The notes below the pieces were generated by a model. That model had not been told where the DNA came from. It saw only the letters and a program-made list of their open reading frames with translations, and did no database searches. A stretch of 64,000 nt of DNA from Azolla caroliniana (lineage: Eukaryota > Plantae > Polypodiophyta), in assembly GCA_043228905.1 (NCBI GenBank), contig JBHGNT010000009.1:22196001-22260000 (forward strand), in the 5' to 3' direction. Below, piece by piece: positions 50,736 to 63,265 of the stretch. Within the stretch, counting starts at the first letter, position 1, and every line of letters begins with the position of its first letter. A program made the position numbers and the translations under genes.

Positions 50736-53700
50736 TCATGTGTTCATGACACTATCCCTCCTTCGAGAACGCCGAGTGGAAGTCGGCGTTAACATTGTTG
50801 GGCCGGGCTTGTTTGGATAGTGACGATGGAAGTCGTTGACCAGAGCTTCAACATTACAAACGTTATCGATGGGTTCCAAAGTGCGATCACTCGGAGGATA
50901 ACCAAGCCAATCAACTAGATAATAAAGCTTATTGCGCACAATCTTAGAATCGAGAATAGCAGCTACCTCGTATTCGGGGCCGTCCACAGGTTGTACAGAA
51001 GGCGGTGGTGGCACGACACGATCAAGAATTAAAGAGGTGTGGCAAGGTTCCAAAAGAGAGCTATGAAAGACAGGGTGAAGCCGCATATGTGCAGGAAGGT
51101 TAAGACGAAATGTTGCATCATTAATCTGCGCCGTGATGACAAAAGGACCTAAGCGTTGATAGTCAAGCTTAGCACACGGTCGGGTAGTCTTGATGTGACG
51201 ACGAAGCAACCATACACGGTCACCAACCTTAAACGGAGACTTAAGACGATGTCGATCGGCATTGGTCTTATGGTGTGCTTGCGCTTTCTGAAGATGTGAC
51301 GATAACTCGAACTGGATTTGTTGTAGTCGGTGGAGGTGATGCGCCGCACTAGGGTTTCGTGACACCTCGGGAAGATCCAGTATACACCATCGAGGGTGGT
51401 TGCCGGTGTAGGCAAAGAAAGGTGTAACTTTGGTAGAAGAGTGGACCGTGTTGTTGTATGCAAACTCAGCAAGATGTAAAATTTTACTCCAATCATCTTG
51501 TTGATAACTAATGAAACATTGAAGATATTGCTCGAGCGTTTGATTTGTGCGCTCTGTTTGTCTGTCAGTTTGTGGATGATAAGCCGAAGAGAGTTTGCAA
51601 GAGATTTTGAGGCCTGCCCATAGGTGCTTCCAAAAGTGTGAGATAAATTGAGGACCTCAATCGCTAATAATATCATTCGGGAGACCATGATGGCGAAACA
51701 CTTCACGCATAATGAGATCTGCAGTTTCTTCACTATTGATGGTCTTTACACATGGTACAAAATGTGCCATCTTGGTGAACCGATCCACTACTGTTAAAAT
51801 AGTATCAAAGCCTTTGGAAGGTGGCAGATCCGTAATGAAATCCATAGAAATAGACTGCCATTGCTTGTTGGGAGGGGGTAATGGTTGTAGTAAGCCATAA
51901 GGGTGATGCCGGGGTATTTTGGCGCGACAACAGGTGTCACAAGTGCGAACATAATCTTCGACAAATTTTTGCAAGTGAGGCCACCAAAACGAACGTTTCA
52001 CCAGCTCAATGGTCTTGGAAATACCAAAATGTCCAGCCATGGGGGCATCATGACAATGTTCCAACACTTGAAGTCGGGGTGATCCGTCGGGGACGTAAAG
52101 GAGATTCTTGTAGAAGAGTAAACCATCTTGCCACTTGAAGTCCTTATAATGTTGAGATGACCCTGGCAATGTGGAGCAAGATGGACGACTTGAACCACAG
52201 TGGGCTAAGACATCCTTAGCAAAATCATCCGAATGAAGTTGTTGCCGAATAGTGTCAAGAAGGGTAGAATCAAGTGGTGTGGCATAAATTGTTGTTACCT
52301 GTAGCTTTGATGGCTCGAGGAGAGTTTGCTTTTGATTGTCAAAGGCCAGATCTCTAGGTCGAAGTGCTAGATATGAACGCCGAGACAGAGCATCTGCTTT
52401 CCCTTGTTGTTTTCCGGGGCGAAAAATGATCTTGAAATCGAAACGCGTTAGAAATTGGGCCCACCAAGCTTGTCGTCTATTTAATACTCGAGCTGTTTGA
52501 AAATATGTGAGATTTTTGTGATCACTATAAATGATAATCTGATGAGGTGATCCTTCTAGAAAATGACGCCATTGCTCGAATGAGTCGACCACAGCTAGTA
52601 ACTCCTTGTCATGCACCTCATAGTTTATCTCCGAAACAGTAAACTTTCTTGAGTGAAACGCGACTGGATGTATCTGCCCGTCCTCGCCTGGTTGCGATAG
52701 GATACTCCCCAATGCAAAGTCTGATGCATTCGCCTCAATAGTAAATGGCTTTTCAGGATCAATATGTGCTAGGATGGGTGCTGATGTGAATGCCTCTTTT
52801 AGCTGCGTAAAAGCCTTGTCCGCTTCGATACTCCAAAAAAATGCTTGATTTTTCTTGGTGAGTTGAGTAAGGGGCAACACAATGCTTGAATAATTATGTA
52901 TGAATTTGCGATAGAAGTTCGCAAATCCGAGGAAACACTGGACATCCCGAACTGAGCATGGGGGTTTCCATTCCAATATTGTTTGGACTTTTGCCGGGTC
53001 CATGAAAACACCCTGGGATGAAATAGTGTATCCCAAAAATTCGACTTGTTTGCAATCAAAACTGCATTTCTCAAGTTTGGCGTAAAGACCATACTTCCTT
53101 AGGCGTTCAAGTACTTGCCGCACATGTATATCATGCTCCCCCTGTGTTTTAGAGTAAATCAATAGATCATCTCGGTAGATGATTAGAAAAATATCCAAGA
53201 AATCCCGGAAGATGTCATTTGCCATATGTTGGAATACGGTAGGTGCATTTGTGAGCCCGAAAGGCATGACTGTATACTCGAAATGACCATACCGAGTACG
53301 AAATGCTGTTTTCCACTCATCTCCTGGCCGAATTCGAACAAGATTATATGCACCCCTTAGATCAATTTTGGTAAAATGCTTTGCCCCACCAATGCGTTCT
53401 AAGAGATTGGAGATTAAAGGTAAAGCATACCTATTCCTTATGTTGACTTTATTTAATCCTCGATAGTCAACGACCAAACGAAGGGAGCCGTCCTTTTTCT
53501 TCACAAAAAAGATAGGAGCACCAGCTGGAGACTTTGAATGTCGAATAAACCCATGTGCAAGATTTTCCTCGAGCTCAGTGGGTGATAAATTGTAAATCGG
53601 ACCCCACGGAGGCTCTTTTCCTGGTTGGAGATCAATAGGACAGTCGTACGACCGATGCTTTGGAAGAACACTAGCTTTGACTTTGTCGAAAACATTAGCA

Positions 53701-55534
53701 TAGTCTTGATATTTTTTGGGAATTTGGATGTCTGAATTCCCTTGAGTGACACTAGAAGGTGTCACTGATACTGCAAATAAGAAAAGGTCCTCCTTGCCTC
53801 CCACTTGGTGCAATTGTTGCAATGTGATGGCTGAAATTTGATGAGAAGGATATGGTGCATCGGTAGAACTATATACTTTGGGAGGATAATCCCGAGTTCG
53901 ATCCTTGACAATGATATTTTCTGCTAAAGGGCACCTAATTTCTCGCTTCCTCCAATCGATTCTAGGGTTATGTAGCTCGAACCATGGCAAACCGAGGACA
54001 ATTGGATGCTCATGACTACGGATTATGTTAAAGGAAACTACACATCCTAAATCACCCAAGAGTATGTGTATTGGCTCAGACTCTTCAAATATCTTCCCGG
54101 AAGCTATGGGGTGTCCATCAATCACTACTACGGAAACTGGACAAGGAAGTGTATGCAAGGATATTTGGTGTTTTTGGGCAAAATCTCTATCCATGAAACA
54201 AGAATTGGCTCCAGTATCTAAGAGGGCTTGGACTTGAAGTTGACAATTGGGTATCCTAACTTGTACTAGAGCTGAGAAGACTCTACTAACATGCTTGGAA
54301 GAAATGGAACCCACACTAGGTTGTACATATCTAGGGTTGTCCAACCAAATGGCTCCTATTTTGGCCGGACTTATTTGTTTGACTCCTCTTCTAATTGGCT
54401 TAGGACTTCAAATTTATTGGACAAGGGTGGATTATTCATAATATTAGATTCACTAACTACTTCTAAAATGTTGGACTCATTTTTATTGTCACAGTGAATT
54501 TGATTTACCTGACGTCTCGGCCTACGGGAGCAATGAATGGCTATATGTCTTGGACCTCCACAATATAAGCACAGATGGTTTGCTCGACGACGTTGCTTCT
54601 CTTCGTTTGACAACGGTCCTCGTCATTGAGTCATATCGATCTCCATGGGTGTAGGACTATCCATTGGGACTGGACTACGTGTTTGCCTTGGAGTTGGAGC
54701 AGGGCTATACATTTGCCTTGGGGATGATTGCGCCGTTATTGATGCATAAGTTGGTGTGAATCTAGATCTTGTTATTTGTTGTTGTCGCTCACATCGACGC
54801 TCAAAAAGGCGATTATCACACCGTATTGCTCGACTAATAGCTTCTGTAAGTGACCTTGGATCCTCGGGGAAGGTAAGAAGTAAGTCTTTGACATCACTAC
54901 GAAGGCCTAAACAGAATTGCTCCATTAGGGCTTGTTCATCCCAAGGAATATCGCTTGCGATGAGACGGAAATTGGCAGCATATGTTGAAGCTGGTTGATC
55001 ACCTTGACGAAGTGTACGAATCTTGTTGATAGCTGTTCTCGCCCCATCAGTATCTCTGAAACAAGCCTTAAATTCCTTGATAAATTCCTCGAAATTATTC
55101 AGTAGAGGAGAATTGGTCTCTAGCAATGGAGCAAACCACGACAACGCTATGCCAGTCAATAAAGTGCCCACTAGCCCGACTCGTGATGCATCTGTTGGAT
55201 AACGTGCGGGATGCATTTGAATCACCAACCGTACTTGATTCAAAAAACCGCAGAAATGCGCCCTCGACCCATCAAATTTAGCTGGGAGGCTAATTTTGGG
55301 CTCCTTGATAAGTCCCTAACCTTCAACCCTTTGTTGTTGTAACACGACAATTGTCAACTCTAACTGTTGCACTCGTCGCGTGAACTCCTCTTGTTGTTGT
55401 TGCTTCTCTATAGTAACCTTTTGTAGATCCCCAAGTAGACGTTGATTCTCTACTTCAAGAGATGCGAACTTGGATTTAAGGTTCTCCATTTCTGCAACAA
55501 GGGTGAGATATTCTTCTGAGTTAATGGCAGCCAT
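50736..55534 (-). pseudogene. gag and pol of element E (pol in -1 frame relative to gag; several in-frame stops and frameshifts)
   Basis: gag EPKISLPAKFDG, LRQGDQPASTYAANFR, CLYCGGPRHIAIHC; PR LLDTGA; RT (YRDD); RNase H EANASDFALG; IN CHDAPMAGHFG, SMDFITDLP; chromodomain YEVAAILDSK...YLVDWLGY. Confidence 0.9.
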
Positions 55535-55733
55535 GGTTTCAGGATGGTTACAAAGGAGGATAAGAGAGAGAGAGAGAGAGAGAGAATTCGAATCAAACTG
55601 TCAGAACCAAGGATAAAAGATAGAGTGATGGAAGAAGGATAGAGAAGAATGGATGTATAAGATAGAGAAAGAAAGAGAATGGATACAAGATATGTAATGA
55701 GAGCTAAAGACTGGTGTTGATTCGAATTGATTT

Positions 55734-57257
55734 ACTCTTCACTTTACTTTAGTTTGTTGCATGATCCAATCTTTCGTCCGTCCGCGTCCAACATCGTCCG
55801 GTAGCCGGTTCCATTTTGCTTGCCGGTCGGTTCCGGTTCCGATTTTGCTTGCAGACCGATTCCGGTTTGCTTGCCGGTTTCGGTTTCGGTTTTGCTTGCC
55901 GGCCGGTTTCCGGTTCCGATTTTGCTTGCAGACCGATTCCGGTTTGCTTGCCGGTTTCGGTTTCGGTTTTGCTTGCCGGCCGGTTTCCGGTTTTGCTTGC
56001 CGGTTCCGGTTCCGGTTTTGCTTGCCGGCCGGTTTCCGGTTTTGCTTGCTGGTTCCGGTTCCGGTTTTGCTTGCCGGCCGGTTCCGGTTTGCTTGCCGAC
56101 CGGTTTCGATTCCGGTTTGCTTGCCGGTTTCGGTTCCGGTTTTGCTTGCCGGTTCCGGTTCCGGTTTTGCTTGCCGGCCGGTTCCGGTTTGCTTGCCGAC
56201 CGGTTCCGATTCCGGTTTGCTTGCCGGTTTCGGTTCCAGTTTTGCTTACCGGCCGGTTTCCGGTTTTGCATACCCGTTCCGATTCCGGTTTTGCTTACCG
56301 GCCCGTTTCCGGATTTGCTTACCGGACCCGTTTCCGGTTTTAGGGATTTTGGCCACCATCATCCATCAAGACAAAGTGGCCAAAGTTCTCTCAGCACAAA
56401 TGAAAAATGAGGGAGCTCAAGGTGTTTATATAGCCAGGGCCTTAACTTTCCTATCTATGTGGGATAGTTCTAATATCTCTATCTAATCAAACTTCATTTT
56501 CCCATAACTTGATATGTATTTCTCCATTTTATATATAGTAAAATACATTTTGAAGCTCTTGAGTATATTCATCTTTCTATAGTAAGCTACCAATCTAATC
56601 TATAATAATTATTTCATTATTTTTTTACATAGTGTGTGAAGATTCACACGACATTCGCCCCCACCAAACCTGCACATCCACCGGTATGTGCCAATTTTGG
56701 TGAGGATTCATTTTTGTTTACTATACTTTTTCATCGATGCTTAAGACTGAATCGTCAAAAGCTTCGAATCCAATTTCTATTCTTTCTCTTCTCTTGAAGA
56801 TCTTGATTCTTTTACCGGCAATTGGCAAGGCAAGTGGTGTACCATCTAGTTCTACTAAATGATATGTTGCATTATCTTCCACTTTCTTCACCACATATGG
56901 TCCAAACCATCGTTGTGAGAATTTTCGAGCCGTACTATGTTGGTTATCTAGGCTACTGTCATAGACTAGCACCCAATCTCCTTCAACGATTTTCCTCGGC
57001 CGAAGTCGATGTCGTTTATCGAAGTCTTTCTTGTTCTTTAGCCTTGCATTCTTTAGCCGCGCTTTAGCCACCTCTACATCTTCCAAATTCCGCTCTAATT
57101 GTCGAATCCTCAATGCTAGAAGATCTTCTCTACTTATCTCATCTTGCCATGGCAATGCAAACCATGAAATAATACTTTGTTCTACCGGCACTGGCAGCTC
57201 TGCATATGGGGCTGATAACAGGTGAAGATATACATCTCATGAGTCTAGAAGAAGAAG
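55734..57257 (-). mobile_element. Fragment G of an unrelated gypsy element (integrase C-terminus, PPT, partial 3' LTR) replacing 221 bp of E's 5' LTR
   Basis: ORF 56721-57191 (GDWVLVYD...RWFGPYVV...LVELDG); PPT tggtgggggcgaa followed by a TGTCGTG LTR start at 56653; TATA-like ctatataaac at ~56430; no TSD. Confidence 0.75.
55795..56340. repeat. CCGGTT/TTGCTTG-based minisatellite inside the LTR of fragment G
   Basis: Many permutations of ccggtt(t/c), ttgcttgccgg and ccgatt; the source of several spurious repetitive ORFs. Confidence 0.9.
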
Positions 57258-58744
57258 AAGGTTCGAGGTTCAAGTCCGGGTGACGCCATAATGGTCATGT
57301 GTTCATGACAAGAACTCGCTTAGCGCAATCCAAGTGAGTATCACACGGTGTTTGCATGAATTGGCTAAGGAGACCGACCGGATAACTAAGATCGGGTCGT
57401 GTGATCGTGAGGTAGATGAGACTCCCGATGAGTTGCCGATACTGAGTCGGCTCACACGCTTTGGTGCCGGAGTTCGCATCTAGTTTGAGATTGCGATCGA
57501 GCGGGGTTGCCGCGGATTTGCACTCAGCCATCCCGAACTTGTATAACAAGTTGAGGATGTAGTGCCGTTGAGAGATCATGATTCCAGCCGGAGTCCGAAC
57601 TACCTCGATGCCGAGGAAGTAGTGGAGCTCCTTCATGTCCGTCATCTCGAACTTGTCGGAAAGGAGGGATTTCACCTTATTGATTTCGACGAGATGCTCA
57701 CCTCCAATGACTAGGTCATCCACATATAAGATAATGACAATCGGACTTGCGGAATCGCTTCGTATGTAGAGGGAGTTGTTTGATTTTGACATATGGAAGC
57801 CGATTTGATGAAGATATTGCGTTATCTTCGAATGCCAAGCACGCGGTGCTTGCTTGAGGCTGTAGAGTGGCTTCTTGAGTTGGCATACGGCTTTTGGATG
57901 AGTGCTCGAGTTGAAGCCAGGTGGTTGGATCATGTACACCTCCTCTTCTAATTCGCCTTGTAGAAAGTCGATCTTGACGTCCATTTGATGGAGGTGCCAC
58001 CCTTTCGCCATGGCAATCGCAATTACGGTCCGCACCATCGTCATCTTTGCCACCGGGCAAAGGTCTCTTCGTAGTCGACGCCATGTGTCTGAGCGTATCC
58101 TTTCGCTACGAGTCGAGCATTGTAGCGGTTTACGGAGCCATCGGCGTTATACTTCACCTTGTAGATCCATCTGCATCCGATCGCCTTTTTGTGTGGTGAG
58201 GTGGAAACGAGATCCCACGTCTCGTTCTTCCGTAGTGCCTGCATCTCCTCGTTCATTGCTTCGATCCATCGCGGGTCCTGACGGGAACCTAACGTTCCTT
58301 ATGCGCAATGCTCGGCCACAACCGAGATTCTTTTCATACACAAAAAAAAACGGGAAATACAACACGATACAAAGGAGAGAGGAAGATACACACACACTAC
58401 AGAGGAGGTTAACGTGGAAAACCCCAAACTGGAGGAAAAACCACGGCAGCCCACAGGCTGCAAACTGTCACTATGTAGGAATGTACAGAAAACAGTGAGT
58501 TCACTGAGGCACCGACCTCGTGCTCACTAATCTTCGCCACAGGCGGCGGTTACAACAGAGGCAACGACCTCGTCTCTCACTCTCTCTCTATACAGTTACG
58601 CACTCTCTCTTCTTCTTGCACCAACAAGGAAGAATAACGACCACCAGCTAAAAGTTTGCCCTAAGTCATATTTATACTAATATGACTTTTCGGCTATTTA
58701 CAAATATAGCCACAATGGGCTCTCAGAAACATATTTACGAATAT

Positions 58745-59160
58745 GTCTCTTCCTCCGGTTCATACCGGGTCTGCACCATCCGGCTCTTCGTAACCAGGTA
58801 CTCCTCATCCGGTTCACACCGGGCCTGCACCATCCAACACTCCGTAGCCGGGTACTACTCATCCGGTTCGCACCGGGCCTGCACCATCCGGCTCCCCGTA
58901 GCCGGGTACTACTCATCCGGTTCGCACCGGGCCTGCACCATCCGACTCTTCGTAGCCGGGTACTACTCATCCGGTTCACACCGGGCCTGCACCATCCGGC
59001 TCTCCGTAGCCGGGTACTACTCATCCGGTTCGCACCGGGCCTGCACCATCCGGCTCTCCGTAGCCGGGAACTACTCATCCGGTTCGCACCGGGCCTGCAC
59101 CATCCGCCTCTCCGTAGCCGGGTACTACTCATCCGGTTCACCCAATGCCTGCACCATCCG
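58745..59160. repeat. 54-bp tandem repeat (~8 copies) in U3 of the F LTR
   Basis: Unit tactactcatccggttcgcaccgggcctgcaccatccggctctccgtagccggg; an 18-aa periodicity appears in the ORF track. Confidence 0.92.
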
Positions 59161-59200
59161 TTCCCATCCAGAGGGACCTGTCTCCCAACAAACTCCCCCT

Positions 59201-62200
59201 TCACTCCGGCATGGGGTGTCTTACCAGTTCGATTCTCTTCCGGCATGCATCCAACTTGTCGGGTGTCAGCACTTTGGTCAACATATCTGACCCGTTCTCA
59301 GCCGTGTGGATTTTCATTGGTGCAAACTCCTGGTCATCTACTCTTTCTCGGATCCAGTGATACCTCCGCTGGATATGCTTCGTCCGGGAATGGTAGGCTG
59401 CATTCTTAGCAAGGTGGATGGCACTTTGACTGTCACAATAGAGTCGGTATTCCTCTTGCCGTATACCAAGCTCTTCGATGAAGTCCTTCATCCATAAAAT
59501 TTCCTTGCCGGCTTCCACAGCTGCCATGTACTCCGCCGCCTCTGTGGTTGACAATGCAACCGTCTTTTGCAGCCTCGACTGCCACGAAACAACTCCCCCT
59601 GCATATGTCATTACATACCCGGATGTAGACCGGCTGGTATCCACATCAGTCGACATGTCCGAATCGGTGAAGCCATCCAGTTGAGGTTTTCCGGAGCCGA
59701 ATCGGAGACACATATTTGAAGTGCCCTTCAAGTACCGGAGTATCCATTTGACTGCGTTCCAGTGCTCCTTGCCGGGATTACTCATGAACCGGCTCACCAC
59801 TCCGACTGCGTATCCTATATCCGGTCGGGTACACACCATAGCGTACATCAAGCTCCCGACGGCAGAGGCATATGGAATCTTCATCATATCCGCCTTCTCT
59901 GCTTTCGTCTTCGGGCTTTGCTTGCCGGATAGCCTGTAGTTTGCCGGAAGTGTCGATCCGACCGGTTTCGCTTCTGTCATGTTGAACCGGTGAAGCACCT
60001 TTGTCACGTACTTCTCCTGTGACAGCCATAATTGCTTCGCTTTCCGGTTACGGATGATGTGCATCCCCAACATTTGTCTTGCCGTACCCAAGTCCTTCAA
60101 TGAGAAGGTCCGGTTGAGAGCCTTCTTCAGCATCCGTATTTTTACTTGGTCTCGTCCGACGATCAACATGTCATCCACGTGTAGGAGAAGTATCAAGAAG
60201 TCTCCTCCTTCGAACTTCTTCACAAACACGCAGTGATCGGCCTGCGTCTTGTGGTACCCTTGATCGGTCATGAAGGAGTCGAACTTCCGGTACCATTGCC
60301 GGGGAGCCTGCTTCAGTCCGTACAGGCTCTTCTTCAACCGGCATACCAGGTGCTCCTTCCCTTTCTCCACAAATCCTTCCGGTTGCTGCATGTAGATCTC
60401 CTCTTCGAGGTCGCCGTGAAGGAATGCCGTCTTCACGTCCAGCTGCTCTACCTCGAGGTCCATGCTTGCTGCTATACTCAGCACTGTCCGGATGGAGGTC
60501 ATCTTTACTACCGGGGCCAATATCTCGTCGAAGTCCACGCCCTTCTTCTGTTGGAACCCCTTCACCACGATCCTGGCTTTGTATCTCGGGGGGTTGCCGG
60601 CATCTCCCGGTTTCAACTTGTACACCCACTTGTTTCGGAGTGCCCGCTTTCCTTTCGGCAGCTCCACCAATTCGTATGTATGGTTCTCATGCAGGGAATC
60701 CATCTCATCCTGCATGGCACTTAACCATTTTCGGTTGTGGGTGTCTTCCTTCGCTTCTTCGAAGCTTTCTGGCTCCCCCTCATCGGTCAGCAGGACATGC
60801 TCTGCATCCGGAAATCTACGGGGCGCCCATCTCTCTCTGAGAGGATATCTACGTCTTCGGGCTTCGGTAACCGGCTTCTCCATTTGCTCTTCATCCGAAT
60901 CCGATTCGGAGTCTTGGCCGGTTCCGGTCTCAGCTTCCTCTACCTCTTCATCTGCCGGTTCGGTATCCTCACCGTAACCGGTTGGTTCCTCGAGTGCTAA
61001 CCGGTCTCCTGCCGGTTGGGTCTGCTCATCGTAGAGTCAATCCTTACCGGTCGACTCGGAGTTCATTATCTTCTTCTCCGACTCCCAGTCGGCGAGCGTC
61101 TTGTCCTCCATAAAGATAATATCTCGACTCCGGAATACCTTCTTGTTGACCGGGTCCCACACTCGGTAGCCGAACTCATCGTCACCATAACCGAGGAATA
61201 TGCATGGTCGGGTCTTTGGATCTAACTTTCGTCTCCGATCCTTTGCTACATGCATGTACGCGAGACACCCGAACACCCTCAGATGCCGGTAAGACACTTC
61301 CTTACCGGTCCATACTCTCTGTGGCGTGTCTCCGTCCAAGGGTACTGAGGGTGATCTGTTTATCACATATGTCGCCGTCGACAGTGCCTCAGCCCAAAAC
61401 TTCTTGGGTAGTTTTGCATGCGCCAACATACTCCGGACCCTCTCCATTATGGTCTGGTTCATCCTCTCGGCCAGTCCGTTTAGTTCCGGTGTCTTCGGCA
61501 CGGTAAATTCGAGCAGGATTCCTTTCGAGCGGCAGTACTCCTCGAACTGCCCCTGGTATTCTCCCCCGTTATCTGCTCGAACCGCCTTCAGCTTCCGGCC
61601 GGTTTCTCTTTCCACTCTCGCGTGGAGCTCTTTGAAGACGGATAACACCTGATCCTTCGTCTTCAGTGGTGTGGCCCACAGCTTCCGGCTGTGGTTATCT
61701 ATGAACGTCACGAAGTACTGCGCTCCGGCATGTGACTTCGTGTCTACTTGACACACATCCGTATGCACCAACTCCAGTGGTGCATTACGTCTCGTCAGTG
61801 GCCTTGGTCGAAAGGAGGTCCGGTTCTGCTTACCGGCCAGACAATCAGTGCACTTCTCTAAGTGCACGTTCTTCACTGGAATGAGGTTGTCGTCTACAAG
61901 CCTCTTCATCCCCTTCTCACTCATATGACACAACCTCTTGTGCCACAGCTCACCGGCAGTGTCGGATGCCACGTTCACTTCTTCCGGACATAACCGGGCA
62001 TTCATCAGGTACAGTGTGTTTACCTTCCGGGCCCGAGCCACAATCGCGCTCCCTTTGCTAAACTTCATGACACCATTCCAGATGCTACCCGTGTAGCCTT
62101 CATCATCTAGCCGACCGGCTGATATCAGGTTCAGACGAACCTCCGGAACGTGTCGGACATCCTTCAGCAGCAACTTGCATCCGGTTGGTGTTGTCAGCCA

Positions 62201-63265
62201 CACGTCTCCTATACCGACAATTCGGCATGTTCCTTCATTCCCCATCCGGACACAGCCGTGGTCACCGGCTGAGTAGGATGCGAAGCATTTCCGGTCCGGG
62301 GTAAGGTGGAACGACGCTCCGGAGTCTACCACCCAGGTCATCTCGTCGCCGGCAAGGTTTATCTCACTCTCCTCGGTGATGAGCATCAACTCCTCTTCAG
62401 TTGCCGCGATTGCCGTCGTTCCCTTCCGGTCCGCCCCCCTCCGGTCTTTACCGTTTCGGTCTTTACCGTTTCGGTCCGGGGTTTGCTTCGAATCGGTACC
62501 GTCGGTTTATTTGTCTTTACGGAAATGCCGACAGTTCTTTTGGAAGTGTCCCGGCTTGCCGCAATAGAAGCAAGTAGGCCTCCCCCTTGACTTTGACCGT
62601 GTCCCCGACTTCTCCCGGTTCTGGGGACTACGGTTTCTATGTCTTCCGCGTTCTGATTCGGTAAGAAGCGCTTTGGAGTCGGAGCTCGTATCTTTGTCTT
62701 TCCGACGCGCCTCCTCATCTAGCAAGCTCGACTTTACTCTTGCTAGGGATAACCGTTTTCCTTCCGGCCCGGCGTTGCCCAAAGTGACAACCAACGTCTC
62801 CCAGCTATCCGGGAGGGAACCGAGCAGGAGTAGCGCTAGTACCTCATCTGCAAGAGGTACTTCCAACGACGTTGCCTGGTGTATCAGCCCCTGGAAGGCA
62901 TTCATATGCTCCGCCATGCTGGAGCCATGTTGGTACCGGAGTCTTACTAGCTTCCGGAATACCGAAACCTGGTTAACAACATTTTTGTTTTAGAACATTA
63001 TGCCGATCTTCTCCCAGAGCTCATGAGCCTTGCTCTCTTCATTGAAGTTGTTGTACAGGCTCATGTCGATGAAGCACCGTATGTACGCCGTTGTCTTCAG
63101 CTGCATCACCTCCCATATCGCGGCGTCGATTTTGTCCGGTCTCTTGTCCCCGAACTGAACCAGCAGCCAGAGGTCTTTAACAACGAGCATGTCCCTCATC
63201 TTCGACTTCCATACTGAATAGTTGGAGCCGGTGAGCTTGAACATGCCGCCAAATGATTCGTCCAT
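59201..63265 (-). pseudogene. Copia F gag-pol with a few stops and frameshifts
   Basis: CFYCGKPGHFQKNC, WVVDSGASFH, LWHKRLCHMS, DNGGEY, QLDVKTAFLHGDL, LLHVDDML, STTEAAEY, KHIQRRYHWIRE; ORFs 62990-63265, 62507-62917, 61037-62389 and 59201-60883. Confidence 0.9.

Larger units (their letters stand above)
50343..57310 (-). mobile_element. Ty3/gypsy chromovirus element E (Tf1/sushi/Tcn1-like); 3' LTR 50343-50751, disrupted 5' LTR 55599-55733 + 57258-57310, TSD AGAAC
   Basis: AGAAC at 50338-50342 and 57311-57315; TG...CA termini; PPT next to 50751; no tRNA-Met PBS. Confidence 0.93.
49344..58278 (-). mobile_element. Ty1/copia element D (Ale-like), 3' part; own sequence ~49344-50342 and 57311-58278; 5' part lies beyond element F, outside the window
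   Basis: RT (QMDVK, QPPGF, ILYVDDLVI, TRPDLSY) at 57311-58256 continues across E as CAKRVL|RYVSST into RNase H (YCDNMSSI, NPVFHARAKHIEVHYHFIRE). PPT gagcttgagggggcg is followed by a TG LTR start at 49502; the left LTR end is approximate. Confidence 0.85.

Noticed and set aside
55744-56486. Long ORFs of 175-241 aa on both strands
   Set aside because: Translations of a stop-free CCGGTT minisatellite inside an LTR; no domain features.
58682-59290. 202-aa and 182-aa ORFs with 18-aa repeats
   Set aside because: They arise from the 54-bp LTR tandem repeat (a multiple of 3); no evidence of coding function.
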